Source: an uncultured Selenomonadaceae bacterium (GTDB taxonomy: Bacteria; Bacillota; Negativicutes; Selenomonadales; Selenomonadaceae). From it: a stretch of DNA of 48,201 nucleotides. This document shows, in pieces, positions 38,044-47,737 of the stretch. A model generated the notes under the pieces. That model saw only the letters and a list, made by a program, of their open reading frames with translations, was not told where the DNA came from and did not search any database. Each line of letters begins with the position of its first letter. Position 1 is the stretch's first letter. Where the stretch lies: assembly GCA_945637225.1 (NCBI GenBank), contig CALZDE010000001.1, forward strand, positions 1-48,201. The letters are read 5' to 3'. The position numbers were made by a program, and so were the translations under genes.

Positions 38044-39141
38044 TTAAACTAGCTTGGCCGTTAGAAAAATCACTATTTCATTCTCAGTACTGCTATTATT
38101 CTTATACGTAAATAATTTCCCTAAAATTGGTATCTCACTCAAAAATGGCACCTTAGAAAATGACTTTGTTTCTTCCTTGCCAATGAGTCCGCCAATCACC
38201 ATAGTTTCCCCATCCTTAAGCCTTACCACAGTATCTGCTGAACGGTTGGAAAACTTGTATGCCCCCATTTCCTCTACATATGAAGGTGTACTTATTTCGG
38301 TATGTACCTTGGCGGTAATATATCCATCATCATTGACATACGGTGTATATCTGAGGATAATGCCTGTCTGCCTATAGGTAAAGGAATTGGTGGTTGTAGA
38401 ATTAGTCACCGAATTAGTGGGGATTGGTACCTCACCGCCGATGTTAATCACAGCTTCCCTTCCCTGAACCGTCATGATATTAGGTCTTGAAAGAACATCT
38501 GCTCTGCCATCACGTGAAAGAGCATCCAGTACAGCCTTTGCATGGAGCTTATCTGAATTTCTAGTTTCTAAATTCAAGCCATCGAAGCTGATACCCATTT
38601 TCTTAGCGGTATTTTTCTCCACAGAGACTATCTTTGCTTCGAGTGAAACCTGCGGTGATGGAACATCCAGCTTATCTATAATTCTCCTGGCATCCTCTGC
38701 CTGACTATTGGTGCCATACATCAGAAGTGCATTAGCCGAGGAATCCGCCCAAAGCTTAATACCATCAGCCTGAAGCTTCACAGCAGATAATATATCCTCT
38801 GAATTGCCATATTTTAGAGGAAAAACGTGTACCGAGCCAAAACCAGCCTCAATAGCTGACCTATTGCTCACTATTATAGTACCATTTTCCTGCACAAATG
38901 ACAAGCCCCTAGCCAATGCAATATAGCGTATAGCATCCTCTGGTGACATATTTTTAATTGCTACCGTCACATTTCCCTGCACACTATCGTCTAAAATCAC
39001 ATTCAGTTTGCCAATACGGGCTGTTGACCGCAGAACCTCACATACATCTCCATCCACTACATTAATTGAAAATGCCAAAACAGGCCGACAAAAAGAAAGC
39101 CCTAACAATGCCAGCAAAAAAACAAACAATATTCTTTTCAT
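38044..39141 (-). CDS. Short secretin (PilQ/HofQ-type: N0/STN-like, one N1 domain, secretin core)
   Basis: Signal peptide MKRILFVFLLALLGLSFCRPVLA. N0-like DGDVCEVLRSTARIGKLNVILDDSVQGNVTVAIKNMSPEDAIRYI. Secretin core LSRPNIMTVQGREAVINIGGEVPI ... DGETMVIGGLI ... VPFLSEIPILGKLF. Only 365 aa. Confidence 0.8.
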   Translation of the reverse strand: MKRILFVFLLALLGLSFCRPVLAFSINVVDGDVCEVLRSTARIGKLNVILDDSVQGNVTVAIKNMSPEDAIRYIALARGLSFVQENGTIIVSNRSAIEAGFGSVHVFPLKYGNSEDILSAVKLQADGIKLWADSSANALLMYGTNSQAEDARRIIDKLDVPSPQVSLEAKIVSVEKNTAKKMGISFDGLNLETRNSDKLHAKAVLDALSRDGRADVLSRPNIMTVQGREAVINIGGEVPIPTNSVTNSTTTNSFTYRQTGIILRYTPYVNDDGYITAKVHTEISTPSYVEEMGAYKFSNRSADTVVRLKDGETMVIGGLIGKEETKSFSKVPFLSEIPILGKLFTYKNNSSTENEIVIFLTAKLV

Positions 39142-39153
39142 TAATTCGCGCTC

Positions 39154-39834
39154 CTATTTAAGATTAAGAATTTTTTCTTCATCTTCCAAGAGAATCACCG
39201 CAGAAGCTTCATTTACAGAAATAAGAGTTATTCCATCCCTCATTTCACCTGTACCCAAAGCAAACTGCCTGCCCCGCCAGTTAAGGAGAGCGATCCTATC
39301 ATCGCCAGATACCATGACTCCCAACAGCTCAAGGACATCAGTATTCTCTTTTAGAAGCTTGTCATTCTTACCCACAGATGAAGCGCCTTCCACAGCCTTG
39401 CTTCCATTATTCTGCTGAATGACCTGGGTCTTTCCAGCCAAAGCCCCGCTCACTTCGGAATTAGTTTTGCCCTTTAATAAATCATTATCCTGAGCCTTCA
39501 TTTCAGCTTCCACAGGATGACTAGGATTAAAAGGGTCCGCAGGATTCTTATCATTCGCTGCCAGCTTCGCTCCCCGCACTATCAAAACAGGATTCGGCTT
39601 TTTCTCCACGCTATCATCTGCAACCTTTGTCTTGATATCCTCCTCAGACAAAATCTCTTGATACTGCCCGCCCTCGTCAGGACTGCAAAGGTAGAGAGAA
39701 ACCGCCATAATGCCAGCCAAACCAACAGCTAAAGCCTGTGTTTTGTTTTTCTTATTCGTAAAAAACCACTCCTTTTTGAAATCAGATTTCAGAAAAATTA
39801 AATAAAAAGGGACTGTTACAGGACCAAAGACCAA
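39154..39834 (-). CDS. Membrane-anchored PilP-like (secretin-associated) protein
   Basis: One TM/anchor segment (ALAVGLAGIMAVSLYLC), a disordered linker with a DPF motif (NPADPFNP), and a C-terminal beta-domain pattern LELLGVMVSGDDRIALLNWRGRQFALGTGEMRDGITLISVNEASAVIL as in PilP/GspC HR domains. TTG start with an AAGGTGGGG SD. The assignment is tentative. Confidence 0.4.
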   Translation of the reverse strand: MVFGPVTVPFYLIFLKSDFKKEWFFTNKKNKTQALAVGLAGIMAVSLYLCSPDEGGQYQEILSEEDIKTKVADDSVEKKPNPVLIVRGAKLAANDKNPADPFNPSHPVEAEMKAQDNDLLKGKTNSEVSGALAGKTQVIQQNNGSKAVEGASSVGKNDKLLKENTDVLELLGVMVSGDDRIALLNWRGRQFALGTGEMRDGITLISVNEASAVILLEDEEKILNLK

Positions 39835-39921
39835 AACAGCCCCACCTTACATATTATTTTATTCTATAAAACAAGGATTTTTCCTCTTTTTAAACAGAAA
39901 AATTTTTTAATTATTTTAAAA

Positions 39922-41328
39922 TCAGATTTTGAAGAAATCAACCATGCGTCTTTTAGGCTTTGCTTCCTCCACAGGACCATTCTTTTCCTTATAGACACTT
40001 ATATAATAAGCTATCATCAGAGGAACCGCACTGCCAACCCAAGCGAGAGGATTTGCTACACATACACCAGCATAACCCATCAAATCAGCAAGGAAAAGCG
40101 CCGCACCGCCACGCATGAGAAGCTCCATGACACCAGCCAGCGTAGGAACAAAGCTCTTGCCTACACCCTGCAGGGCATATCTGTAAACAAAAAGCAGTGC
40201 CAAAATCCAGTAGGTAGAGCCTGTAATTTTCAAATAAATATTACCATACTCCAAAGCCTCAGTTTCCTCCGGGCCAACAAAGAGAGAAAGCAGCTCCGTA
40301 CCAAAGAGGATAACCAAAATACCTACAACAACACTGAAGCCAACAGACATTTGAGCGCACTTTCTTACACCCTCACGAATACGGTCAAAGTTTTTAGCAC
40401 CGAAATTCTGAGCCGTATATGCACCAATAGCGATACCAAATGACATCATAGGCATGAGTGCGATAGAGTCAATCTTAGAGGAGGCAGAATAGGAAGCAAT
40501 AGCCGTAGGGCCAAGCTTGTTGAGAGCCATCTGAATAACGAAAATACCCAAGCCAATGATAGAAGCCTGAAAAGCCATAGGCACCGCAACCCTTAAATGA
40601 GCATACATAAACTTCCAGTTATAACGCCAGTCCTTACGGCGGATATGAAGCTCAGGCACATGCTTGTAAATGTAGTAAACTATCATTATGACTGCCGCCA
40701 GCTGAGAAACAACAATGCCCCATGCCGCACCCGGAATACCCCAGCCAAAATACAGCAGGAAAATTGGCTCCAAAACGATGTTAAAAACCAAAGATATGGA
40801 CATAATAGCCGTAGGAACCTTGCTGTTGCCCAGAGCACGAATCAGATTACCGCCTAGAAGCATCATCGCACCAATAGGAATACTTATACAAAAAACATCC
40901 GTAAAGCTAAGAGCATCATCCAATATTTCCGGCGGAGTATTCATAAAAACAAGAACATCCCTGCCAAACGCCCAGCCTAAAATCGCCAAGAAAATACTTA
41001 CACCCAAACAAATCTCTATACAGGTAACCACGCTTCGATGAACACCGTTATGGTCTCCAGCGCCAAATCTCTGTCCTGTAACAATAGTCATACCAGCGGT
41101 AAGGCCCATCATAAAGCCAATTATGAGCATCATGAGGACAAAACCACAGCCCACTGCCGCCAAAGCGTCAACACCAAGGAAACGGCCGACAAGAACGGTA
41201 TCAATAAAACCGTACAGCTGCTGAATAACATTACCTGCAATCAGAGGCATGGCAAAATTCAAGATAAGCTTCGCAGGGTCGCCCTCTGTCATGCTCTTTG
41301 CCTTACTTTTTATATTTGCTTCAGCCAT
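39922..41328 (-). CDS. MATE-family multidrug/toxic-compound efflux transporter
   Basis: 468 aa, 12 predicted TM helices, N-terminal LILNFAMPLIAGNVIQQLYGFIDTVLVGRFLG typical of NorM/DinF-type MATE proteins. Confidence 0.85.
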   Translation of the reverse strand: MAEANIKSKAKSMTEGDPAKLILNFAMPLIAGNVIQQLYGFIDTVLVGRFLGVDALAAVGCGFVLMMLIIGFMMGLTAGMTIVTGQRFGAGDHNGVHRSVVTCIEICLGVSIFLAILGWAFGRDVLVFMNTPPEILDDALSFTDVFCISIPIGAMMLLGGNLIRALGNSKVPTAIMSISLVFNIVLEPIFLLYFGWGIPGAAWGIVVSQLAAVIMIVYYIYKHVPELHIRRKDWRYNWKFMYAHLRVAVPMAFQASIIGLGIFVIQMALNKLGPTAIASYSASSKIDSIALMPMMSFGIAIGAYTAQNFGAKNFDRIREGVRKCAQMSVGFSVVVGILVILFGTELLSLFVGPEETEALEYGNIYLKITGSTYWILALLFVYRYALQGVGKSFVPTLAGVMELLMRGGAALFLADLMGYAGVCVANPLAWVGSAVPLMIAYYISVYKEKNGPVEEAKPKRRMVDFFKI

Positions 41329-41422
41329 TTACGAAACCTCCTACCTCAACAAATATAAACACAAAACTAAGAGGACTATCACCTATAAGGTAAAAGTCCC
41401 CGTAATCACTAATATTAGTACC

Positions 41423-41452
41423 ATTATACTACAACAATTTACCAAAATGCAA
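41423..41452 (-). promoter_or_regulatory. Sigma-70-type promoter of the MATE gene
   Basis: The minus strand reads TTGCAT, 18 nt, TATAAT, about 95 nt upstream of the ATG. The SD is GGTAGGAGG. Confidence 0.45.
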
Positions 41453-41485
41453 GAGAAATTTTTCAAAATAATTAAATAAGCAAAA

Positions 41486-43168
41486 TCAGATTTCAGGATT
41501 TAATTCCTTTCCGTACTCCTTCAAGAAAATTTTGTTGTAGCCCTTATAAGCCTTATCCAATGGCTTCTCCTTCGGACAGTGAATACACCAGCAGTTATCC
41601 TGACGAGGAACAACAGTCTTAAAGCCCCTGCGAGCAAGCTCCTTGCACTGAGAAACATCATAAAAATGCCAGCCATCAAACAAATCCTCACGCCACTTTG
41701 TATCCTGCTGGGTAACAATGCAAAGACCATCAACCGCCTCAACCTGAATAAATTCCTCAGTTGGTCTCTGTACCTCAGAATCAACCACACTCTCTGCTTC
41801 ACAGGCATGAATTACCCTGCCATAAACACGCATACCATCCCACCATATACCGCTGGCAGGCAGATTACGGCATCCGATAGTACCAATAGCACCAATTTCC
41901 TTATCCTTAAAAATAGACAGCATTTCACTTATGATATTATCATTAACAATAAAGCAGTCCTGATGAAAATAAACCTTGTACTTGGCAGAGGTCATAGACA
42001 TCGCCCTGTTATACCCCTCACACATAGACTTAGCGTCATGAACGGCAATAATTTCAACACCATAGCCATCTGGCACAATTAATTCATCAAGGTAAATAAG
42101 TGCCTCATCATACCAGAAAGCATTATTAGTGCAGGTAATAAAAGCAATCGTCTTATCAGGAGAAAAACCCTTTTCATTCTTGCAGTCCTTGATACGACGA
42201 CCAGAATGCTCATTTACCTTGTACTGACCGGTAATGCGGTTCTTCCACTTTTCAATGGTAGTAATGCGGGTATCATAAACCAGCCTGTCAGCCATTTCAT
42301 CAACAAGCTCATCAGCCCAGCTGGATAATCCCAATTCATCAAGAGCAGGAATAATATTTGCAAATAATCTATCCTGTTCCAAAACAGCCTGCTGAATAAA
42401 ATCCACTACATAAGCCGCAAAAATAAATTTTTCCGAACAAAGCTTATACAGAGACTTTGTGTTCTCCATGATGTTAATATCATATTCAAGACGATGCAAA
42501 AGAGTAGCTAAAATCCGCCTGTCCTCCTGCGTGTACATCTGCTTTAGGGCAAGAATTTCAGGAGTGGACTTCGCCGCCTTAGTCATCCAGATTTCAGTTT
42601 CTAAATCATCACCATAATTTTCAAAACCGATAGAAGTCAGCTTTTCAATAAAACCATCCGGCGCATAATGCTTCTGTGGTGCAAAAACAACATCCTTATA
42701 AAAAGATGAAGCCAAAAGACGAGTATAATCCTGCTTGCTGTAAGGCTTCCTGTCTAAAAACCTGTAATCACCCTTCATAAGCCCCTGAATAACCTTCCAA
42801 TAGCGGACATTGGTAAAAGTAGAAAGGAAATACCCCGTAGGCTTCAAATAAAAACTGATACCGGAAGCCATATCCTTGGTATTCGCCGCAAGCTCAAGAG
42901 CATGCTCACCAATGATATAATCAAAAAATTCATATTCATAAGGAAGCGGTGTTTCAAGATAGTTAAGGAAAGTCCAATGAATGTTTAACTCCATATACTC
43001 AGGAAATTCCGCAACATCCTCATCCTCAACCACCGCATAAATCTCCGCATTCGGCATTAATTCCCTTAGTTTTGGAAGATATAACGCACTCTCTATTGTT
43101 AAAATTTTTAAATTTTCTATTGACGGATTTAAAAAATGTAATAAACCCGTCTTTACTGTCAAAGCCAT
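41486..43168 (-). CDS. Two-domain protein: degenerate methyltransferase-like N-domain plus GT-A (family-2-like) glycosyltransferase C-domain
   Basis: C-half: IAFITCTNNAFWYDEALIYL, VHDAKSMCEGYNRAM, YFHQDCFI (DxD-like QDC) and VDGLCIVT..WREDLFDGWHFYDVSQC, typical of stand-alone GT-A domains in glycosylation islands. The N-half has a Rossmann-like strand order but no GxGxG. Confidence 0.55.
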   Translation of the reverse strand: MALTVKTGLLHFLNPSIENLKILTIESALYLPKLRELMPNAEIYAVVEDEDVAEFPEYMELNIHWTFLNYLETPLPYEYEFFDYIIGEHALELAANTKDMASGISFYLKPTGYFLSTFTNVRYWKVIQGLMKGDYRFLDRKPYSKQDYTRLLASSFYKDVVFAPQKHYAPDGFIEKLTSIGFENYGDDLETEIWMTKAAKSTPEILALKQMYTQEDRRILATLLHRLEYDINIMENTKSLYKLCSEKFIFAAYVVDFIQQAVLEQDRLFANIIPALDELGLSSWADELVDEMADRLVYDTRITTIEKWKNRITGQYKVNEHSGRRIKDCKNEKGFSPDKTIAFITCTNNAFWYDEALIYLDELIVPDGYGVEIIAVHDAKSMCEGYNRAMSMTSAKYKVYFHQDCFIVNDNIISEMLSIFKDKEIGAIGTIGCRNLPASGIWWDGMRVYGRVIHACEAESVVDSEVQRPTEEFIQVEAVDGLCIVTQQDTKWREDLFDGWHFYDVSQCKELARRGFKTVVPRQDNCWCIHCPKEKPLDKAYKGYNKIFLKEYGKELNPEI

Positions 43169-43171
43169 AAA

Positions 43172-44740
43172 TTAACCTCTTTTTATTTCACAAAAATGTT
43201 TCCTAGTAGTTTTATCGTAATTAATACCCACTAAAAGTATATTTCCTTCATACCCTTTTAATGCCTCACTATACTTTTTATTTTCTATCTGGCTAATAGC
43301 CGTCTCAGCAGACTTATCCCACTTTAGCTCTATTATCATAGCTGGCAGTTCTGGATGATGTGGCAATGGTAAAAATATCATATCCGCAAAACCTTTTCCT
43401 GCTGGCATTTCACGAATTATATTATATTTTTTTCGTGCAGTATAATATGCTAAAGAAATTGTATATGAAAGAGCATTTTCATCATTATATTGGATATGAG
43501 ATGTTTCAAGATGTGCATTTTCTATAAGCTGTGCCACCTTTTCTGCATCACAAGCTATAGTTGCCTCTAGTAATTCATCTGAAGTCTTAATTGCCTTTGC
43601 TACCTCCGCATATCCTGAATTATTCCTAACTGCAGCAGCAAACTCCGCTCTTATCTCATTGTTTGGAATAAATACCTCTTCACGCTCAATATCATAACCT
43701 AAATATCCCAAATGAATAAGAAGTGTCATAACATCATCAGCACTATTAAATGTTACCATATCATTAGAGAAATTATCCACTACTATCTTACGGCGTTCTC
43801 CTGCCATAAGTGTCAAAATACTGTCTTTTAATCCATCATAGTTCAAGTCGATATAAACCTTCAGTGCTTCAAATGTTTCTGTCTTATTCCAGTAATTAGC
43901 ATAATATCTTGATGTCATAGCTTCTACAACAGACAGTGGATTATATATCTCCTTCACATTTAAGAAAGTATAACCATCATACCACGCCTTACATTGACGA
44001 TAATCCATACCATATTTTAAACATAATTGCTTTACTTCATCAGCAGTAAAGCCAACAAATTCCTGAAGTTCGCGTGGATTTTCCATAGAATACTCTTTGA
44101 ACATATTGAGTGCAGAATGCTTACCATATTTCTTTACAGGCAATATCCCAGTCATATATGCAAGAGCAATATAATCCTGATCCTTAAGCCACATCCTAAG
44201 AAAATCAAGATACTGCTTTTGAGCCGCTACATCATTTTCACGTTCCCTGAATAGCACATCCCATTCATCTATCAAGATAATAAATTTCTTACCGGTATAT
44301 TCATAGACATCTTCCATACACATTATGAAATCATCTTCATCAATGAATTCTAAATCAGGATATGTTTTTTTAAAATCATGCATCAAAACCTTGCGCAGCT
44401 TAGCCACCCATTTATCAACAGAAGACTCTGCCAAGCCCATTTTTACTACTTCAACCTTTATAATATTATACTTATTAAGATGTTTCTTATAATCCCTGTC
44501 CTGGGCAATCTTCATATCCTTAAAAATATCTGCTCCATCAACTGTAACACCATAATAAGCACTAAGCATATTCATAGTCGTAGTCTTGCCAAAACGGCGT
44601 GGACGACTGACACAAAGATAACGATAGGTAGTATTAATAACACTGTTAACATATTTTAATAGCCCAGTTTTGTCCACACATATATCTGAATTTAATAATA
44701 CTTTAAATCCTTCTCCACCTGGATTCAGATAACGCCCCAT
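43172..44740 (-). CDS. AAA-ATPase_like N-domain plus PD-(D/E)XK nuclease (PDDEXK_9, formerly DUF1703) protein
   Basis: FVDKTGLL-type start (ICVDKTGLLKYV), P-loop SRPRRFGKTTTMNML, Walker B ILIDEWD and C-terminal GKGFADMIFLP...AMIIELKWDKS (D...ExK). The stop is 3 nt before the next gene's ATG. Confidence 0.8.
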   Translation of the reverse strand: MGRYLNPGGEGFKVLLNSDICVDKTGLLKYVNSVINTTYRYLCVSRPRRFGKTTTMNMLSAYYGVTVDGADIFKDMKIAQDRDYKKHLNKYNIIKVEVVKMGLAESSVDKWVAKLRKVLMHDFKKTYPDLEFIDEDDFIMCMEDVYEYTGKKFIILIDEWDVLFRERENDVAAQKQYLDFLRMWLKDQDYIALAYMTGILPVKKYGKHSALNMFKEYSMENPRELQEFVGFTADEVKQLCLKYGMDYRQCKAWYDGYTFLNVKEIYNPLSVVEAMTSRYYANYWNKTETFEALKVYIDLNYDGLKDSILTLMAGERRKIVVDNFSNDMVTFNSADDVMTLLIHLGYLGYDIEREEVFIPNNEIRAEFAAAVRNNSGYAEVAKAIKTSDELLEATIACDAEKVAQLIENAHLETSHIQYNDENALSYTISLAYYTARKKYNIIREMPAGKGFADMIFLPLPHHPELPAMIIELKWDKSAETAISQIENKKYSEALKGYEGNILLVGINYDKTTRKHFCEIKRG

Positions 44741-44774
44741 ACGATCAGCTCCTTTCCTCTATTCTAGTACTAAT

Positions 44775-44803
44775 ATTATACACCAGCACTAATCACAATG
44801 CAA
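44775..44803 (-). promoter_or_regulatory. Near-consensus sigma-70 promoter of the AAA-ATPase/PD-(D/E)XK gene
   Basis: The minus strand reads TTGCAT (44798-44803), 17 nt, TATAAT (44775-44780). It is followed by GGAAAGGAG and the ATG at 44740. Confidence 0.6.
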
Positions 44804-44828
44804 GAAAAGGAGCAGCATCAGCTACTCC
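44802..44828 (-). terminator. Intrinsic terminator immediately after the TPR-GT41 gene
   Basis: Minus-strand RNA: GGAGUAGC-UGAU-GCUGCUCC (8 bp including one G-U) followed by UUUUCUU. It starts 3 nt after the stop codon. Confidence 0.55.
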
Positions 44829-44830
44829 CA

Positions 44831-46399
44831 TTAATCTCTCCCCACAATATCTTCGTATATTTTTTCTACACTAGCCACATAACCCACATCGTCCATCAAC
44901 GGAGATTTCTCTACAACATCACGCAAATTTTCATGAAGTTTTGACAGTATATCACCATTCTCTGCTAAAGCCCTCGCCTTTGCTATATACTCATCTTCAT
45001 TATCTGCTGTCAGCATATCAAGTCCCGCATTAGACAGCAAGCTAAATCCAAAACGCTCACCATGACGCTTACCAACTAAAGAAATAACAGGTACCCCCAT
45101 ATAAAGAGAATCAAAGGTAGTCATACCTCCAGTATAAGGAAATGTATCCAACGCAATATCAATATCATTGTACTGCTGAAGATAATCACTGCTAAACCCT
45201 CTAAGCTCTACTCTATCAATAGAAATACCTGCCTTCAACAATCTAGCCTTAGCTAACTGCTGACCTTCTTCATATCCTAATAATTTATGTTTTAATATTA
45301 ATTTGCTATTTGGAACTTTATTTAAAATTATGCTCCAATTTTCAAGCATTTTATCTGTAATTTTAGCAAAATTATTAAAACAGCCAAAGGTTATATATCC
45401 ATTACGTCTAAAAGGTGATTCCATAATTTCAGGATACTTTCCTTTTAAATAAGAAAAACAAAAATGTGAGCCTGGAATTGTTAAAAACTTTTCTGTATAA
45501 AAAGGATTTGTTTCAAATGGAGCACAGTAATTATCCGTTAAAATATAATCCGTATCGTATAACCCTGTACTACCAACCCATCCAATAGCAGAAATCTGAA
45601 CAGGTGCAGGACGTAATGCAAATACTGCCAAACGATTATTACAGGTATGTCCGCCACAATCAACTAAAATATCTATCTCATCAGCACGAATCTGTTCAGC
45701 CAATTTAATATAATCAAGTTTAGCAACCTCTCTCCACTCTACTGGACAAGCCTTAAAAGCAGAATTAACATCATCTTGTGCACTTCCAATAGAATAACAA
45801 TATACCTGAAATTTATCCTGAGAAAAACCTCTAATCAATGGATAAAGAAGATAACCTACAGGATGATGACGAAAATCAGCCGATAAATAGCCGATACGGA
45901 GCTTTTTATGATAATATTTCACAGAAGGCATAGGCGAAAAATTATATTCTAACAAATCACGATAACCACTATATAAACATTGAGCTTCATTAACAGAAAA
46001 ATCTTGAATACCTGCTGAAGCAAAAATAGCGTTACTGTAGGACTCTATTGCCTTAGAAAATTGATTATACTTAAAATCATGCTGACAACATAATAAAAAA
46101 TTATTTACTGCTTCACGTGCATTACCAATGATATTATATGCTTCACCTAATAGAGAATACAAATCCGATAACAATAATGGACTTTTATCTACAAAAATTT
46201 TGATACTATCAGTTAAAGTTTTAATTTCTGTAAGATACTTGCCACTATCACGCTGGATATATGCATACAAAAGGATAACCTTATGATATGCCCTGTCAGA
46301 AGGTAAAAGCATGGATAGCATATTTTCAGCTTTTTCGTATTCTTTTTTTTGCCATAATTCTAAGGCTTTGATATACAACTTCCAGCCCTCTGGTGACAT
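44831..46399 (-). CDS. TPR-repeat protein with a GT41 (SPINDLY/O-GlcNAc-transferase-like) catalytic domain
   Basis: N-terminal TPR-like helices. LRIGYLSADFRHHPVGYLL, DILVDCGGHTCNNRLAVFALRPAPVQISAIGWVGSTGLYDTDYILTD and PYTGGMTTFDSLYMGVPVISL match bacterial GT41 proteins. Confidence 0.7.
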   Translation of the reverse strand: MSPEGWKLYIKALELWQKKEYEKAENMLSMLLPSDRAYHKVILLYAYIQRDSGKYLTEIKTLTDSIKIFVDKSPLLLSDLYSLLGEAYNIIGNAREAVNNFLLCCQHDFKYNQFSKAIESYSNAIFASAGIQDFSVNEAQCLYSGYRDLLEYNFSPMPSVKYYHKKLRIGYLSADFRHHPVGYLLYPLIRGFSQDKFQVYCYSIGSAQDDVNSAFKACPVEWREVAKLDYIKLAEQIRADEIDILVDCGGHTCNNRLAVFALRPAPVQISAIGWVGSTGLYDTDYILTDNYCAPFETNPFYTEKFLTIPGSHFCFSYLKGKYPEIMESPFRRNGYITFGCFNNFAKITDKMLENWSIILNKVPNSKLILKHKLLGYEEGQQLAKARLLKAGISIDRVELRGFSSDYLQQYNDIDIALDTFPYTGGMTTFDSLYMGVPVISLVGKRHGERFGFSLLSNAGLDMLTADNEDEYIAKARALAENGDILSKLHENLRDVVEKSPLMDDVGYVASVEKIYEDIVGRD

Positions 46400-46501
46400 T
46401 TTTATATACTCCTCGTATAAACTATTACCATAATCCTATTCTAATTTATCTAGATATCATAGTACAAATTATTTTTAACGCATTTATATAAATCTTTCCT
46501 T

Positions 46502-47698
46502 TTATTTCCTAAGTATAGCCATTGCTTCTACAATACTTTGTGCTCTATTCATCCATCTATGACGTTCATTTACCTTACCATATGCACTAACAGCAGCTGA
46601 TAAACGCTTAGATTCGTCATTTATTAATTCTTTAATTACATTTACTTGACTAATACCATTTTTCCAGTCATACATGAAAATATCTTTACCATTACTAAAT
46701 TCTTTATCTAAATAACTGCTATATTCGCTGACAACCACAGCACCACTAAGCATAGCTGAAAACACCCTGTCATGTGCACCATTATTAAACTCTGCCTGAT
46801 CTTGAAAAACGACCTTAGCTCGTGCCATTAAATCCAATGCTTCCTGATATGATGTGCCTTTATGTAAGCGCACACATTTACCGATATTATCTCTCACAAT
46901 AGGAACATTATCCCAGCCATCACCAAAAATGTCTACATGAATATCATTTTTTACTAATAGCTCTATAGACTTAGCTCTTCGCACAGTTTTTATATAGCGA
47001 AATACCTTAAAATAATACGGAATCATTGCCAGCATAAATTTGTCATCATATAATCCACGCTCATTTAACACATACTTAAAACCTTCTGCTACACTAACTG
47101 GTTCAGTGAGTAAGTAATCTGCTACATCATCAAGTATTCTTATAAAGTTTTTATCAGCTTCATCCTCGTGCCAAAAACGTACAGGATTACCACTAGAAAA
47201 ACTGCTTGCTGATACCACTACATCATAGGGGCGTTCTCTGCTGAAAACTTCATCTTCATTACCACCTGCTATACCGCCTAAAGGCAAAAACATTTCTCCG
47301 TAAAATTTCTTATGTGGATAAAGCTTTTTAACTATTCCTAAATGTGATTTATCTAACAAGCAAAGAAAATGATTTTTACAATCAAATCCTATATTATCCA
47401 CAGTTAGATTATATGGAGCATCCAACAATATAGACACATATGGAGTATCAAGATTTTTATACATTGTCTCACCAGGTGATGTATATATTCCATATACACA
47501 ATTATTTAAACCTACACTAAATTCGATTTCACCATTTTTCATTAAATCATATGCTAATTGTCTATCTTCCTGTTTCTCTATGTATATCCTTACAACATTA
47601 TTATCCAATGCTTCAAAAGCATCAGCAATTTCATTTGAAATACGTTTCATCGTTGGATGTTTTCCAGCAGTTAATATATAAACTATAATTTTTTTCAT
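46502..47698 (-). CDS. CgeB-like glycosyltransferase-family protein (Glyco_trans_1_2-type C-domain)
   Basis: C-terminal DIFGDGWD...SYQEALDLMARAKVVFQDQAEFNNGAHDRVFSAMLSGAVVVSEYSSYLDKEFSNGKDIFMY resembles the CgeB/DUF3880 family. The ATG at 47698 follows AGGTGA; the track start is GTG. Confidence 0.5.
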   Translation of the reverse strand: MKKIIVYILTAGKHPTMKRISNEIADAFEALDNNVVRIYIEKQEDRQLAYDLMKNGEIEFSVGLNNCVYGIYTSPGETMYKNLDTPYVSILLDAPYNLTVDNIGFDCKNHFLCLLDKSHLGIVKKLYPHKKFYGEMFLPLGGIAGGNEDEVFSRERPYDVVVSASSFSSGNPVRFWHEDEADKNFIRILDDVADYLLTEPVSVAEGFKYVLNERGLYDDKFMLAMIPYYFKVFRYIKTVRRAKSIELLVKNDIHVDIFGDGWDNVPIVRDNIGKCVRLHKGTSYQEALDLMARAKVVFQDQAEFNNGAHDRVFSAMLSGAVVVSEYSSYLDKEFSNGKDIFMYDWKNGISQVNVIKELINDESKRLSAAVSAYGKVNERHRWMNRAQSIVEAMAILRK

Positions 47699-47737
47699 AC
47701 ATATCACCTAAAACAACAGTTTCATTACTTTTATTGT

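Noticed and set aside
38054-39418. Plus-strand ORFs (62-136 aa) across the secretin and PilP-like genes
   Set aside because: They are antisense to genes with clear domain signatures and are Ser/Pro/Thr-rich low-complexity translations.
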